From the NCBI GenBank assembly GCA_037440465.1, contig JBBIUB010000001.1:64001-128000 (forward strand): a DNA stretch of 64,000 bases, read 5' to 3'. Positions 46,967 to 57,196 of this stretch are shown here, one piece after another. Positions within the stretch are counted from its first letter, which is position 1; the number at the start of each line of letters is the position of its first letter. The notes below the pieces were generated by a model. The model did not search any database. It was given only the letters and a program-made list of their open reading frames with translations, and was not told the origin of the DNA. The translations under genes were made by a program, and so were the position numbers. This DNA is from Coprothermobacterota bacterium (lineage in GTDB: Bacteria; Coprothermobacterota; HKB111).

Positions 46967-48099
46967 ATGAACTATTACATTGGTGGAATAGAAAAAGGGA
47001 GAATGTCCTGGATTTTGCTGTACCCATAATGGCAATATTAACGGGGTTTTTTGTAGCTGCTATTTTAATAAAAGCTACTGGAAAAAGCCCTATAGATGCA
47101 TATAGGCTATTAATTCAAGGCGCTTTTGGGAGAACCTTCCAGGAATTACTATCCTTAAGGTTAGCTGGTGAAGGGTTGTTGAAGGGAGGGATTCTTGCTC
47201 TAACTGGACTCTCAGTAGCTGTAGCTTTTAAATCCGGTTTATTTAATATCGGAGCTGAAGGGCAGTTCATAGTAGGTTCTATTACTGCAGCATTTTTGGG
47301 CTTTAAATTACATTTCCCACCTTGGATAAATATCCCTATTATTCTCCTGGCTGTAATACTCACATCTGGATTATATGGAGCTTTAGCTGGTTATCTTAAA
47401 GTAAAAAAAGGTGTTCATGAAGTTATAACAACCATTATGTTGAACTGGACAGCGGTTCACCTCATAGAAAATTGGATAGTTGTTGGACCCTTCAATATCT
47501 TAAGATATTATCCCAGAGCAATCCGAGCGGGGACTCCTTATGTTCAGGATAATTCTCGCTTGTTTCCTCTTTTTGAGGGTACAAGATTGAACGCCACAAT
47601 TTTTATTGCTATTATAGCTGTAATAGTGGTTTACTATCTATTAAACAAGACCGTCACTGGTTACGAAATACAGGCAACTGGAAAAAATCCAGAAGCAGCG
47701 AGATATTCGGGTATAAAAACAGGAAAATCAATGATATTAGCAATGTTTATCTCTGGAGCTCTTGCTGGATTAGCCGGAGCATGTATGATACTCGGCACAG
47801 AAAAACAGTACCCTGGCGTATTCAGACCTGGTTATGGATTTGATGGAATTGCTATGGCTTTAATCGGAGCTACATCTCCAATTGGAACCTTTGCAACATC
47901 TCTTTTCTTTGGTTTTCTACGATCAGGAGCTACAAGCATGCAGCTTATTGGAATCCATAAAACATTTGCAGATATTATCCAGGGTACAGCAACCCTTTTT
48001 GTTGCCAGTCAGCTGGCAATAAGATATTTGATTATGAGGTTAGAAAAACGTAGAAAACCTGAGGTTAAAGAGATTATAAAAAGCGAGGTGCCCAAATGA
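46963..48099 (+). CDS. Nucleoside ABC transporter permease
   Basis: GLFNIGAEGQ, HEVITTIMLN, GYGFDGIA. Confidence 0.92.
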   Translation: MNELLHWWNRKRENVLDFAVPIMAILTGFFVAAILIKATGKSPIDAYRLLIQGAFGRTFQELLSLRLAGEGLLKGGILALTGLSVAVAFKSGLFNIGAEGQFIVGSITAAFLGFKLHFPPWINIPIILLAVILTSGLYGALAGYLKVKKGVHEVITTIMLNWTAVHLIENWIVVGPFNILRYYPRAIRAGTPYVQDNSRLFPLFEGTRLNATIFIAIIAVIVVYYLLNKTVTGYEIQATGKNPEAARYSGIKTGKSMILAMFISGALAGLAGACMILGTEKQYPGVFRPGYGFDGIAMALIGATSPIGTFATSLFFGFLRSGATSMQLIGIHKTFADIIQGTATLFVASQLAIRYLIMRLEKRRKPEVKEIIKSEVPK

Positions 48100-49046
48100 G
48101 TATAATACAGATAATCATTTCTGTAATCTCTTCACTTCTAAAATTTGGGACACCCTTAATTTTAGCTGGCTTGGGTGGAGTGATTACTGAAAATGCAGGA
48201 GTTGTAAATATTGCTCTTGAAGGAATGATGCGGATAGGTGGATTTTTTGCTGTCTTTGGTTCTTATTTAACAGGAAATCCCTGGTATGGTTTAATATTAG
48301 GACTAATTGCTGGAGCTATAGCTGGATTACTCCATGCATATATTTCTGTTTCTCTTAAAGGAAATCAGATTGTAAGCGGAGTGGCCATAAACATATTCGC
48401 TCTTGGAGGAATTACATTTTTTTTGGAGAGATACTTTAACACAACTGGTCATTCACCTTCAGTTAATTCCTTTATAGACAAACCACTTTTCCCAATATTA
48501 GTTAAAATACCTGTTATAGGAGAAATATTTTCTGTTATGAACATATTTGTTTTTCTGGCAATAACACTTCCCTTCATAATTCACTTCTATCTTTATAGAA
48601 CTTCCTGGGGGTTAAGACATCGTTCAGTTGGCGAAAATCCTAAGGCTGCTGATACTATGGGAATAAATGTATATCTTGTCAGGTATATCGCAGTTATTAT
48701 CTCTGGAGCACTGGCAGGTTTATCCGGAGCATCTATTTCTATCGGTCAGTTAAGCCTTTTTGATAACCATATGCCTGCTGGCCTTGGTTTTATTGCCCTT
48801 GCAGCAATGATTTTTGGAAAATGGAAACCCATCGGCACTCTAATTGCTGCTTTTTTCTTTACCATGGCTACTGTGGCTCAGATATATATCCAGACACTTG
48901 CTCCTCACATTCTTAAAATAATACCCAGAGGCTTTTTCTTAGCTTTTCCATATATTCTCACCATATTAATCCTTGCTGGTTTTGTTGGAAGAGCAGTAGC
49001 ACCAGCTGCTGATGGTGTTCCATATGAGAAGGGAGAAAAACTCTAA
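48096..49046 (+). CDS. Nucleoside ABC transporter permease
   Basis: ENAGVVNIALEG, GLR.RSVGENP, GFIALAAMIFGKW. Confidence 0.92.
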   Translation: MSIIQIIISVISSLLKFGTPLILAGLGGVITENAGVVNIALEGMMRIGGFFAVFGSYLTGNPWYGLILGLIAGAIAGLLHAYISVSLKGNQIVSGVAINIFALGGITFFLERYFNTTGHSPSVNSFIDKPLFPILVKIPVIGEIFSVMNIFVFLAITLPFIIHFYLYRTSWGLRHRSVGENPKAADTMGINVYLVRYIAVIISGALAGLSGASISIGQLSLFDNHMPAGLGFIALAAMIFGKWKPIGTLIAAFFFTMATVAQIYIQTLAPHILKIIPRGFFLAFPYILTILILAGFVGRAVAPAADGVPYEKGEKL

Positions 49047-49426
49047 AGAGAGGTTGTAAACTCTTGGTATTTTTCAAAAGATAAAAGCTCTTCTATCTTT
49101 TCTGATTCTGAGGGCTTTATTTTTGCTATCCACCCATCTTCATAAGGGCTTTGGTTTATATATTCGGGGTTTTCAGGCAAGGAATTATTAATATCTACAA
49201 CTTCTCCGTCCAATGGCATGTAAACTTCGCTAGCAGACTTAACTGACTCAACAACAGCTAATACATCTCCTGTTTTTAACAGTTTTCCAACTTGGGGTAA
49301 TTCAACAAAAAGAATATCACCTAATTGCCTCTGAGCATAATCTGATATTCCTACATTAAAAAACCCTTCTTCTTTAGGGCAAATCCATGTATGATCCTTA
49401 GTAAACCTTAAACTTGATTCATCCAT
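49043..49426 (-). CDS. gcvH: Glycine cleavage system H protein
   Basis: GISDYAQ.QLGD..FVELP, VESVKSASE lipoyl-Lys, PYEDGW. Confidence 0.95.
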   Translation of the reverse strand: MDESSLRFTKDHTWICPKEEGFFNVGISDYAQRQLGDILFVELPQVGKLLKTGDVLAVVESVKSASEVYMPLDGEVVDINNSLPENPEYINQSPYEDGWIAKIKPSESEKIEELLSFEKYQEFTTSL

Positions 49427-50061
49427 TTTTCTTTCTCCTTCATTAAAATATTTAATATTTCTTCTTCACTTACTGGATAAAACTCATTATAGAACTCCCC
49501 CACAGCATAGAAAATATCTGGTACATGAAGAATAATTACATCTGAGGCTTTTATTTTAAGCCTTTCTACTGACTCTCTTGAACTAACCGGCGCTGCAACT
49601 ATCACTTCAGAAGCTCCTTCACGAAGTAAATAATGGAGAGCTGCCTCTACAGATAACCCCGTAGCAAGACCATCATCTATAAGAAGAACTTTCTTATTTT
49701 TAACTTCTCTCTTCACCAAGACTTTTCTGTAAGTTTTATCACGTTCCTTTAGTTCTCTATGGAAATTAGATGCTGTTTTTGTTAAATAATCGCTGGGTAA
49801 CTGAGCTATAACATATTCATCTTTTCCTTTGAAAATTTCCCCATCTAAAGTTACAATAGCTATTGCATACTCGGGATTACCTGGTGGTCCAATTTTTTTT
49901 ACCAAAACAAAATCCAGTGGTATTCTCATATTATCTGCTACTACGCTGGCTACTACCAATCCACCTCGAGGGAGTCCAATAATCAGGTCAGCTTGAAACT
50001 CCATTTTAGATAAGTATTTATCTAAAAGTTCCCCAGCTTCGTTACGATTCTGATATCTCAT
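49408..50061 (-). CDS. Phosphoribosyltransferase family protein
   Basis: GLPRGG, KIGPPGNPEYA, LLIDDGLATG PRPP motif. Confidence 0.88.
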   Translation of the reverse strand: MRYQNRNEAGELLDKYLSKMEFQADLIIGLPRGGLVVASVVADNMRIPLDFVLVKKIGPPGNPEYAIAIVTLDGEIFKGKDEYVIAQLPSDYLTKTASNFHRELKERDKTYRKVLVKREVKNKKVLLIDDGLATGLSVEAALHYLLREGASEVIVAAPVSSRESVERLKIKASDVIILHVPDIFYAVGEFYNEFYPVSEEEILNILMKEKEKWMNQV

Positions 50062-50422
50062 CTGACTTAATATCTACTTTACCTTTTAAAACTGCACCAT
50101 CCTGCAATTCTACACGAGCAGCAGATATATTACCCTTAATATGAGCAGAACTTAAAAGTTCTACTTTTTCAGTACAATTGATATCGCCTTCAACTTTTCC
50201 TAATACACTCAAATTAGTAGAAGTGATATTACCTCTAACAACACCTTTCTTGCCAATCACTACCAATGATTCTATCTTTATTTCCCCTTCTACTACTCCA
50301 TCTATTCTTAATCCATCTTTTCCTTCAAGATTTCCAATTACCTTGCTGCTTTCTCCAATGATTGTTCCAATAGCGGCTTCTTCTATCTTTTTGACTTTTT
50401 CTTTACTTCCAAAAATTGGCAT
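50042..50422 (-). CDS. Bactofilin (polymer-forming cytoskeletal protein, CcmA)
   Basis: TIIG...GNL...LRIDG.VEG.I beta-helix repeats; next to an M23 gene. Confidence 0.88.
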   Translation of the reverse strand: MPIFGSKEKVKKIEEAAIGTIIGESSKVIGNLEGKDGLRIDGVVEGEIKIESLVVIGKKGVVRGNITSTNLSVLGKVEGDINCTEKVELLSSAHIKGNISAARVELQDGAVLKGKVDIKSDEISES

Positions 50423-50453
50423 ATTAATAACCTCTTAAATAATTATTAATAAA

Positions 50454-51368
50454 TTATGGCAAATATGGTAAGGGATCAATAGATGCTCCCTTATAACGAA
50501 CTTCATAATGGAGATGAGACCCAGTTGTAATACCGCTTGTGCCAACATAACCAATGATTTGTCCTTTTGTGACTTCCTGACCTTTTTTTACTATAGCCTT
50601 GCTCAAATGAGCATATAGAGTAGAAATTCCATCCCTGTGATATACTGTCACAGTCTTCCCCAGGCTACCAGAATATCCAACTTCTGTTACTTTCCCATCA
50701 GCAGAAACTCTAATTCCAGTCCCATAAGAAGCAAGAATATCAATACCTCTATGGAAATCTCTACCTTTCCATACAGGGTGCCTTCTCCAGCCAAAATAAG
50801 ATACAATAGGACCTAAGACAGGATAAATATCAGGTGTTTTTTGTTTTAATTCTTTAAATATGTCTGTTGCTTCCTGCAATGCTGTAAGAGTTTCAGCTGT
50901 ACTTCTAGCATCAAGATTAAGCTGAGTCAATGATTCCGAAATGGAAAGAAATTCATCGTTAGCATTTCTACTCACTGACCATATATTTGAATCTCTACCT
51001 GCAAGAAGATCATCAAGAGATACTTTAGTGGGACCTAATTTTAGGGATTCCCTTACCTCTTCTTCAATTTGTCCAAGATATGTTAAATAATTTTTTATTA
51101 CCTCACTCTCTTCTTTAACACTCATCAAGAGGTTGTTCAATTGCCTATTATGGGATTGAACCTTTTTGAGAGTCTGCCAAGATTCCTGTCTAAGGTGACG
51201 CTCACTCAAGTAAAGGGGCAAAAGAGTTAGAGTAGAAAGGATACCTATTACCCAGAGTGAAATCAGTCCAAGGAGTATATCTTTTAAAACCCTTTTTCTA
51301 ACTGAAAACCTAAATGATTTCCCTTCCTGGTGAGGAATAATGTATATTGTAAATTTATCTTCTTTCAT
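50454..51368 (-). CDS. M23 family metallopeptidase, TM-anchored
   Basis: HRGID, YAHLS, TGSHLHYEV. Confidence 0.92.
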   Translation of the reverse strand: MKEDKFTIYIIPHQEGKSFRFSVRKRVLKDILLGLISLWVIGILSTLTLLPLYLSERHLRQESWQTLKKVQSHNRQLNNLLMSVKEESEVIKNYLTYLGQIEEEVRESLKLGPTKVSLDDLLAGRDSNIWSVSRNANDEFLSISESLTQLNLDARSTAETLTALQEATDIFKELKQKTPDIYPVLGPIVSYFGWRRHPVWKGRDFHRGIDILASYGTGIRVSADGKVTEVGYSGSLGKTVTVYHRDGISTLYAHLSKAIVKKGQEVTKGQIIGYVGTSGITTGSHLHYEVRYKGASIDPLPYLP

Positions 51369-51840
51369 CCCTTAATTTATTCCAGGTTTCTTTTAACATA
51401 TTCTCTTCTTCCTCAGAAATAGGAGATTGTGGTACTCCTGAATCTATCTCCCTCATAAATACTCTACTTCCATCACGACTACTCATTACAGTTATCACAA
51501 AACCATCGCCATTCTTATTTATAACGCCTAAGGAGTAGCCAAGACCATTTACTGCATCACCAAAAGGTTTAAATCTGGTAAATCCAACCCCTTTTAGACT
51601 CATTTCATCAGACTTAACAAGTCCTTTTACTGATTTCTCAACTTCTTCCAGTTTTTTTATATATTGGTCTAAATTCTTAACCTGTCGACTATTACGCTGG
51701 TAAACTTGGAATATTCTAATTAAAAAATATAAAGTTGTCAGTGCAATAAAAAAAGCAATAATAGATATTAATATAAGCCTCTCAAACCCAACTTCTTTAA
51801 TATCTGATAGGAACAACGTATTTAACATAACATTCTCCAT
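51355..51840 (-). CDS. DUF4446-like membrane-anchored protein
   Basis: N-terminal TM, VGF.RF.PF.D, G.GFVIT..SRD, SEEE. Confidence 0.65.
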   Translation of the reverse strand: MENVMLNTLFLSDIKEVGFERLILISIIAFFIALTTLYFLIRIFQVYQRNSRQVKNLDQYIKKLEEVEKSVKGLVKSDEMSLKGVGFTRFKPFGDAVNGLGYSLGVINKNGDGFVITVMSSRDGSRVFMREIDSGVPQSPISEEEENMLKETWNKLRDERR

Positions 51841-51846
51841 TTCATA

Positions 51847-51883
51847 AAAGGGCGTTGTAAGTTAATTACTCACAACGCCCTTT
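51847..51883 (-). terminator. Intrinsic terminator after the HU gene
   Basis: AAAGGGCGTTGT ... ACAACGCCCTTT 12 bp inverted repeat. Confidence 0.8.
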
Positions 51884-51894
51884 AATTAACAATT

Positions 51895-52182
51895 CTAACC
51901 CATTGCAACAGATTTCCTAAGTTCCTTACCTGCTCTGAAAACTGGAACCTTTTTAGCTGGAATTTTGATACGAACTTTTTCTTTGGCTTTTCTGGGATGA
52001 ACTCCCATTCGAGCTGCTCTTGTGCGAACATCAAAGGTACCAAAACCCACTATCTTAACTGGTTCTCCTTGTGCATTGCTATCAAGAATAGAATCAAAAA
52101 CAGCGTTAATAACACCAGCTGCGACTTTTTTAGTTACGCCAGCTTTCTCTGCTACTACATTAATTAATTCGGGCTTATTCAC
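51895..52182 (-). CDS. hup: Histone-like DNA-binding protein HU
   Basis: MNKPELI..VAEK, GFGTF, R.AR.G..P, IPAKKVPVFRAGKEL. Confidence 0.95.
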   Translation of the reverse strand: MNKPELINVVAEKAGVTKKVAAGVINAVFDSILDSNAQGEPVKIVGFGTFDVRTRAARMGVHPRKAKEKVRIKIPAKKVPVFRAGKELRKSVAMG

Positions 52183-52236
52183 TTACATATCACCTCCTTT
52201 CTTTAATATTTACACAAATGGAGTATACAAGAATAA

Positions 52237-53388
52237 TTATAAATTGTCAAGATATTTTAAGGTTTCTTCTAAATATTTTTCATCATTTGAGTTGGCTGGT
52301 AATTCAAAGTCAGGAATTAAACCCTTGTCATTTATAAATCTACCTGATGGTAACTTATATTTTGCAATGGTGAGTTTTAAAGCGGTACCATCTTTTAAAT
52401 TCCAAACTCTTTGAACCGAACCTTTTCCAAATGTTTTTCTCCCAATAAGAATAGCAGCATCATGGTCCTGTAAAGCTCCTGCTATAATCTCAGAAGCACT
52501 GGCAGTACCTTCATCAATCCATACAGAAAGTGGTAATTTGTACCGTGGATCTGTTCCTTTATAAGTTTGAGATCTGCCATCGTTATCAACTATAGAAACA
52601 ATCTCACCTTTTATAAATAATTTTGCGACATCTACTGCTGGTTCGAGAAGTCCGCCAGGATTTTTTCTAAGATCAATAACAAAGCCTTTTGACCCCAATT
52701 TGACTAAATTAGAAATAGCTTTTTCAACATCATCCGGGGTAACCTCATTAAATAAAGAAATCTTTAAATAACCAAGTGTTTTATTGAGCATCTTAGATTC
52801 AACTGTAATTATCTTTATTATCTGCCGGATAAGATTCACTTCATAAGCAGAATCTCCCCTTTTAAATTCTATTTGAACTTTAGTATCTGGGTTACCTCTA
52901 ATCATACCCGCTACCCTTTCAAGTGTAAACCCTTCTACATTTATTCCATCAACCTTTATTACAATATCTCCAGATTGAACCCCTGCTCTTGAAGCAGGAG
53001 TATCAGGAAAAGGTGCAATTACTATTTTATTACTTTCTTTTAAACCGAGCTGTATTCCAACTCCCCCATAAAAACCTCTGGCTTCATCTTTAAGATGCTT
53101 ATAATCTTCTTCTTCCAGTGTATAGGAGTATGGATCACCTAAAGATTGAACAATACCTGAAAGTAAGCCTTTAAATATTTTTGTCCAATCAAATTCATTT
53201 TTAAAATATGACTCTTTCTCTATTAGATTTATTGTATCTTTTAGAACACTTTTTTGCTCCTGGCTTAGCGGTAAAATTTCCTTTGAAATAACAGGAACAA
53301 AGTATCTACCGGTTAGGTATCCCCCCGAAAAGAGGATAAGACCAATAGCAATAAATACAATATACTTTTTAAACTTATCCAAATTCAT
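52237..53388 (-). CDS. ctpA: C-terminal processing protease, S41A family
   Basis: LGDPYS, PDZ GVGI, DLRKNPGG, TASASEI, TFGKGSVQ. Confidence 0.93.
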   Translation of the reverse strand: MNLDKFKKYIVFIAIGLILFSGGYLTGRYFVPVISKEILPLSQEQKSVLKDTINLIEKESYFKNEFDWTKIFKGLLSGIVQSLGDPYSYTLEEEDYKHLKDEARGFYGGVGIQLGLKESNKIVIAPFPDTPASRAGVQSGDIVIKVDGINVEGFTLERVAGMIRGNPDTKVQIEFKRGDSAYEVNLIRQIIKIITVESKMLNKTLGYLKISLFNEVTPDDVEKAISNLVKLGSKGFVIDLRKNPGGLLEPAVDVAKLFIKGEIVSIVDNDGRSQTYKGTDPRYKLPLSVWIDEGTASASEIIAGALQDHDAAILIGRKTFGKGSVQRVWNLKDGTALKLTIAKYKLPSGRFINDKGLIPDFELPANSNDEKYLEETLKYLDNL

Positions 53389-53407
53389 TCTCCTTATTAT
53401 TAAATAA

Positions 53408-54562
53408 CTAAGGTAGCCACTTTTGAGGATCTACATGCACTCCGTTTATAATAATTTCAAAATGAAGGTGAGGACCTGTAGAATACCCTGTGCTACCACA
53501 TAGACCAATTATTGTGCCTTGTTCAACCCATTGACCTTTACTTACTAAAATCTTACTAAAATGAGCATATCTTGTAGCAATACCATCTCCATGATATATT
53601 AGCACGGTTAAACCATAGAAGGCACGCCAACCTGTGAAAACAACTTCTCCACTCCTGGAAGCAATTATTGGAGTACCGGTCGGAGCTGCAATATCAATAC
53701 CCCAATGTCTTCCTAGGTACTTTCTCCAAACTCCAAAAGGTGAGGTTATTCTCCCTATTAAGGGCCAAATAAAACCTTCACCTGAACGAGATGCTGTAGA
53801 AGTGCCTTTCTTTTTTCTTTCTTCCTCCAGTTTCTTTAATAATGATTGAATTTCTCTTTGTTCTTTAAATATCTGAGCCTTAAGCTCTGCAGATCGCTTT
53901 GCGTAATCCTCTTTTTCAGATTGAACATCCTCCAATAATGACTCTTTTTGAGAAACAGCTCTATTTAAATCCTTTTTCTTTTGAGATAAATCATCTTTTA
54001 GTTTAGCTACTCCCTCAAGCTTCACAACTAAATCTTCTTTTTTACTTGTCAGCTCTTTATGCTTAATCCGACTTTCTTCAAGAAGGTTCTTATCCGAAGA
54101 AAAAATGAATCCAAAATGTTTACTATATTTGCTTAAGTCGGTAAGGTTATTCTCGCCATTAAAATAAAATATCAGTACTCCACCTCTCAAAATACGTTCA
54201 AGATGAACTAACCTTTTTTTTATCTTTTCTAAATGATCTTTTATAGCTAACTCTAATCTCATTATCTCTTTTTCTGTTTTTCTTGTCTCTTTTTCAAGGG
54301 TACTCAATCTGTTTTCAAGATATTTTATATCTTTTTCTCTACTCTCAATCTCTCGGTCTAATTTCTGAATCTCCTTAAAAAGATTTTTTTCCTTGGTAGC
54401 TAATTTACTAACAATTTGATTTACAGAATTTAAAGTTTTTTGTAATAGAGTAAGTTTATCTTGCTTAGTTTTAATATCTTTCTGAGTTTCACTAAAAGCT
54501 AATTCAGACATAGAAAAAATAATAATTATTATTAAAAATAATGCGATAATTCTTTTAATCAT
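53408..54562 (-). CDS. EnvC-like coiled-coil M23 murein hydrolase/activator
   Basis: Signal peptide, long coiled coil, HWGID, YAH, STGPHLHFE; downstream of ftsX. Confidence 0.88.
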   Translation of the reverse strand: MIKRIIALFLIIIIIFSMSELAFSETQKDIKTKQDKLTLLQKTLNSVNQIVSKLATKEKNLFKEIQKLDREIESREKDIKYLENRLSTLEKETRKTEKEIMRLELAIKDHLEKIKKRLVHLERILRGGVLIFYFNGENNLTDLSKYSKHFGFIFSSDKNLLEESRIKHKELTSKKEDLVVKLEGVAKLKDDLSQKKKDLNRAVSQKESLLEDVQSEKEDYAKRSAELKAQIFKEQREIQSLLKKLEEERKKKGTSTASRSGEGFIWPLIGRITSPFGVWRKYLGRHWGIDIAAPTGTPIIASRSGEVVFTGWRAFYGLTVLIYHGDGIATRYAHFSKILVSKGQWVEQGTIIGLCGSTGYSTGPHLHFEIIINGVHVDPQKWLP

Positions 54563-55474
54563 TTAGGCTTCCCTCAAATATCTTTGAGTAGCAAACAGGG
54601 CTCCCAGGGCGCCAATAAAAGCACCAATGATAATAAGGCTAACCCATAGGTACCACCAGTTACCAAGAGCAAAATTACCAAGTGGGTTTAATAACCTGAG
54701 CATATCATGTAAAAATTTCTTAAGAGTTGGATGAAAAATTATTAAGATTGTTAGAGCTACTGCTCCCCCTAAAAACCCATATAAAAGACCTTCTAATATA
54801 AATGGTCTCTTAATATAGCCTGGTGGTGCTCCCACCAAATACATAACCAGCACTTCCTCCTTTCTATTTCTTATTGCCAGACCAACGGTTAATGATATAA
54901 GGATAGTAGCAAATATTGTAAATAAAGTAAAGACCAATCCACCTATTAGCCTGACCATAGAAAGTAAATTACTTACTCTTGAAATGGCTTCACCCATATT
55001 TAATATCTCTGTTATGATGGGAATTTCTCTTAAGAGAGTAATAATTTTAGGAGCATCTTCAAGATAGTTTAAAGTGATTTCTACGGAATAAGGAATTGGG
55101 TTTTCATCCAAAGATAGAATTATTGCTCCTTCTTCTCCAAGTACAGCAGCTAATTGATTTAACGCTTCCTGGGGAGTTATAAGCTCAGCAGACTTAACCT
55201 CAGGTCTCTTCTTGATAAAATCAAGCATGCCATCCATAGCTTCTTCTAAAGTATTTTTCTCAATGTAAGCCACAATAGAAATCTGTGACTGTAAATGATA
55301 GACAACCTCCCTAAAAACAAGGATGGTAACAACAGAAACAAAGAGAACAGTTAGAGCTATTGCTATCGAAAAAGTTGCAGCCAGAGTTACATATATATTC
55401 CTATACAAGCCTTTAGTAGCCTGCTTAAATGCTCTTAACCATCCAGTAATTAGTAGAAGGTGGTTATCTTTCAC
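54563..55474 (-). CDS. ftsX: Cell division permease FtsX
   Basis: NPIP, R..E..VM.LVGA...I..PF.LEG; follows ftsE. Confidence 0.88.
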   Translation of the reverse strand: MKDNHLLLITGWLRAFKQATKGLYRNIYVTLAATFSIAIALTVLFVSVVTILVFREVVYHLQSQISIVAYIEKNTLEEAMDGMLDFIKKRPEVKSAELITPQEALNQLAAVLGEEGAIILSLDENPIPYSVEITLNYLEDAPKIITLLREIPIITEILNMGEAISRVSNLLSMVRLIGGLVFTLFTIFATILISLTVGLAIRNRKEEVLVMYLVGAPPGYIKRPFILEGLLYGFLGGAVALTILIIFHPTLKKFLHDMLRLLNPLGNFALGNWWYLWVSLIIIGAFIGALGALFATQRYLREA

Positions 55475-56126
55475 TAATGACCCTCCCTTCTTTAATTCTA
55501 ATTACTCTCCCTGGAATTTTCTTTACAAGCTCTTCATTATGGGTAGCTACAACTAAAGTCATACCTTTTCTATGTAACATTTCCAGTAAATCTATTATAG
55601 CATGGGTAGTTTCTGAATCAAGATTAGCAGTGGGTTCATCCGCTAAAATGAGATAAGGTTCAAAAGCTATCGCCCGGGAAATAGCTACCCTTTGCTGCTC
55701 ACCACCTGATAACTCATTCGGGAAGAGATCACCTTTATTTTTTAAATCAACGAGTTCGAATAGTTCTGCTAATCTATATTTAATATCATTATCCGACCAA
55801 CCTAATACCTCAAGTGGGAGTGAAACATTCTCAGCAACTGTTCTATATGGAACCAGTCTAAAATCTTGAAATATCACACCTATCTGTCTTCTTAGGGATG
55901 CTATCTCATCATATGATATTTTGGAAAGGTTCTTCCCCTTGAAAGAAACGGTTCCAAAAGTAGGTGTTTGAGCCCTGTATGCTAACTCAAGAAGAGTAGT
56001 TTTACCAGACCCAGTGTGGCCATGAATGTAAATAAACTCACCTTCATCAATATTAATATTTATATCTCTTAAGGCAACTACCCTACGAGATGGATAAACT
56101 TTAGTTACATGATGGTAGGTTAGCAT
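55464..56126 (-). CDS. ftsE: Cell division ATP-binding protein FtsE
   Basis: GHTGSGKT, LRRQIGVIFQDFRL, LSGGEQQR, ADEPTANLD. Confidence 0.9.
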   Translation of the reverse strand: MLTYHHVTKVYPSRRVVALRDININIDEGEFIYIHGHTGSGKTTLLELAYRAQTPTFGTVSFKGKNLSKISYDEIASLRRQIGVIFQDFRLVPYRTVAENVSLPLEVLGWSDNDIKYRLAELFELVDLKNKGDLFPNELSGGEQQRVAISRAIAFEPYLILADEPTANLDSETTHAIIDLLEMLHRKGMTLVVATHNEELVKKIPGRVIRIKEGRVISER

Positions 56127-57196
56127 AATTTTTTAGAAATGCCTCAATAAAAATTTCAATTTCTCCTCTCATAACTGCTTCTACATTACCTGTCTCAGTA
56201 TTAGTACGATGATCTTTCACTAATTGATAAGGTTGAAATACATACGATCTTATCTGATTCCCCCAGGATGCACTTTTATGTTCACCTTTTATAATTTTTA
56301 ATTCTTCTTTCTTTTCATCTTCTCTCTTTTGAAAAAGACGGGAGTATAGAACCTTCAAGGCAGTTGCCTTATTCAAGTGTTGTGATCTCTCATTCTGGCA
56401 GGAAACAACTAATCCCGTTGGAAGATGAACAATCCGCACAGCGGAATCCGTTTTTTGAAGATGTTGCCCTCCCTTTCCAGAAGCACGAAACGTATCAATT
56501 CTTAAATCTTTATCATCTATTTCATAATTTACCTCTTCTATCTCAGGAGTAATCTCAACAAGAGCAAATGATGTGTGCCGCTTTTTATTTGTATCATATG
56601 GAGAAATCCTTACTAGTCTATGAACACCTGCCTCTCCCTTAAGATATCCATAAGCGTAATCTCCTTTAATATGATAGGTTATACTCTTTATTCCAGCTTC
56701 CTCACCTGGAGAAAGGTCTATTGTCTTTACTGTAAAACCTCTTTTTTCACTCCATAAAACATACATATGAGCAAGAAGTTCTGCCCAGTCCTGAGCATCC
56801 ACCCCACCAGAACCAGCATGGATGGAAAGATATACAGAGTTTTGATCAAAAGGGTCTTTGAATAAAAGTAAAAGCTTAAATTCTGAGGCTTCTTTAATTC
56901 CCTTTTCAAGTTTTACCTCAAACTCTTTTATAAGAGATAAATCCTGAGTTTCTTCTATAAGTTCTTTAAACGCTACAAGTTCTTCTTCAAATTTTTCCAG
57001 TTCTTCAAAACGAGATAACAGTCTTTTCAGTCCTTCTTTTTCTTTAAGAATCTTGTGAGTGTCTGTTTGGTTTTGCCAAAAAACAGGATCTTCTGTTTTA
57101 AGTATCAAATCATTTAACCGGTCTCTGAAACCACTTCTTTCAAAGAAACCCCCTTATTTCCATCATTTCTTCTTTAAAACCAGTTTCATCTATCAA
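56101..57196 (-). CDS. prfB: Peptide chain release factor 2, with programmed +1 frameshift
   Basis: TTG 57196 opens 18 codons ending AGG GGG TTT CTT TGA; the +1 frame joins the ORF containing SPY, GGQ and WGNQIRSYV. Confidence 0.95.
57140..57154 (-). promoter_or_regulatory. prfB frameshift cassette
   Basis: AGGGGG-TTT-CTT-TGA-A on the minus strand. Confidence 0.92.

Noticed and set aside
56101..57196. prfB as a truncated gene or pseudogene
   Set aside because: Explained by the canonical programmed +1 frameshift
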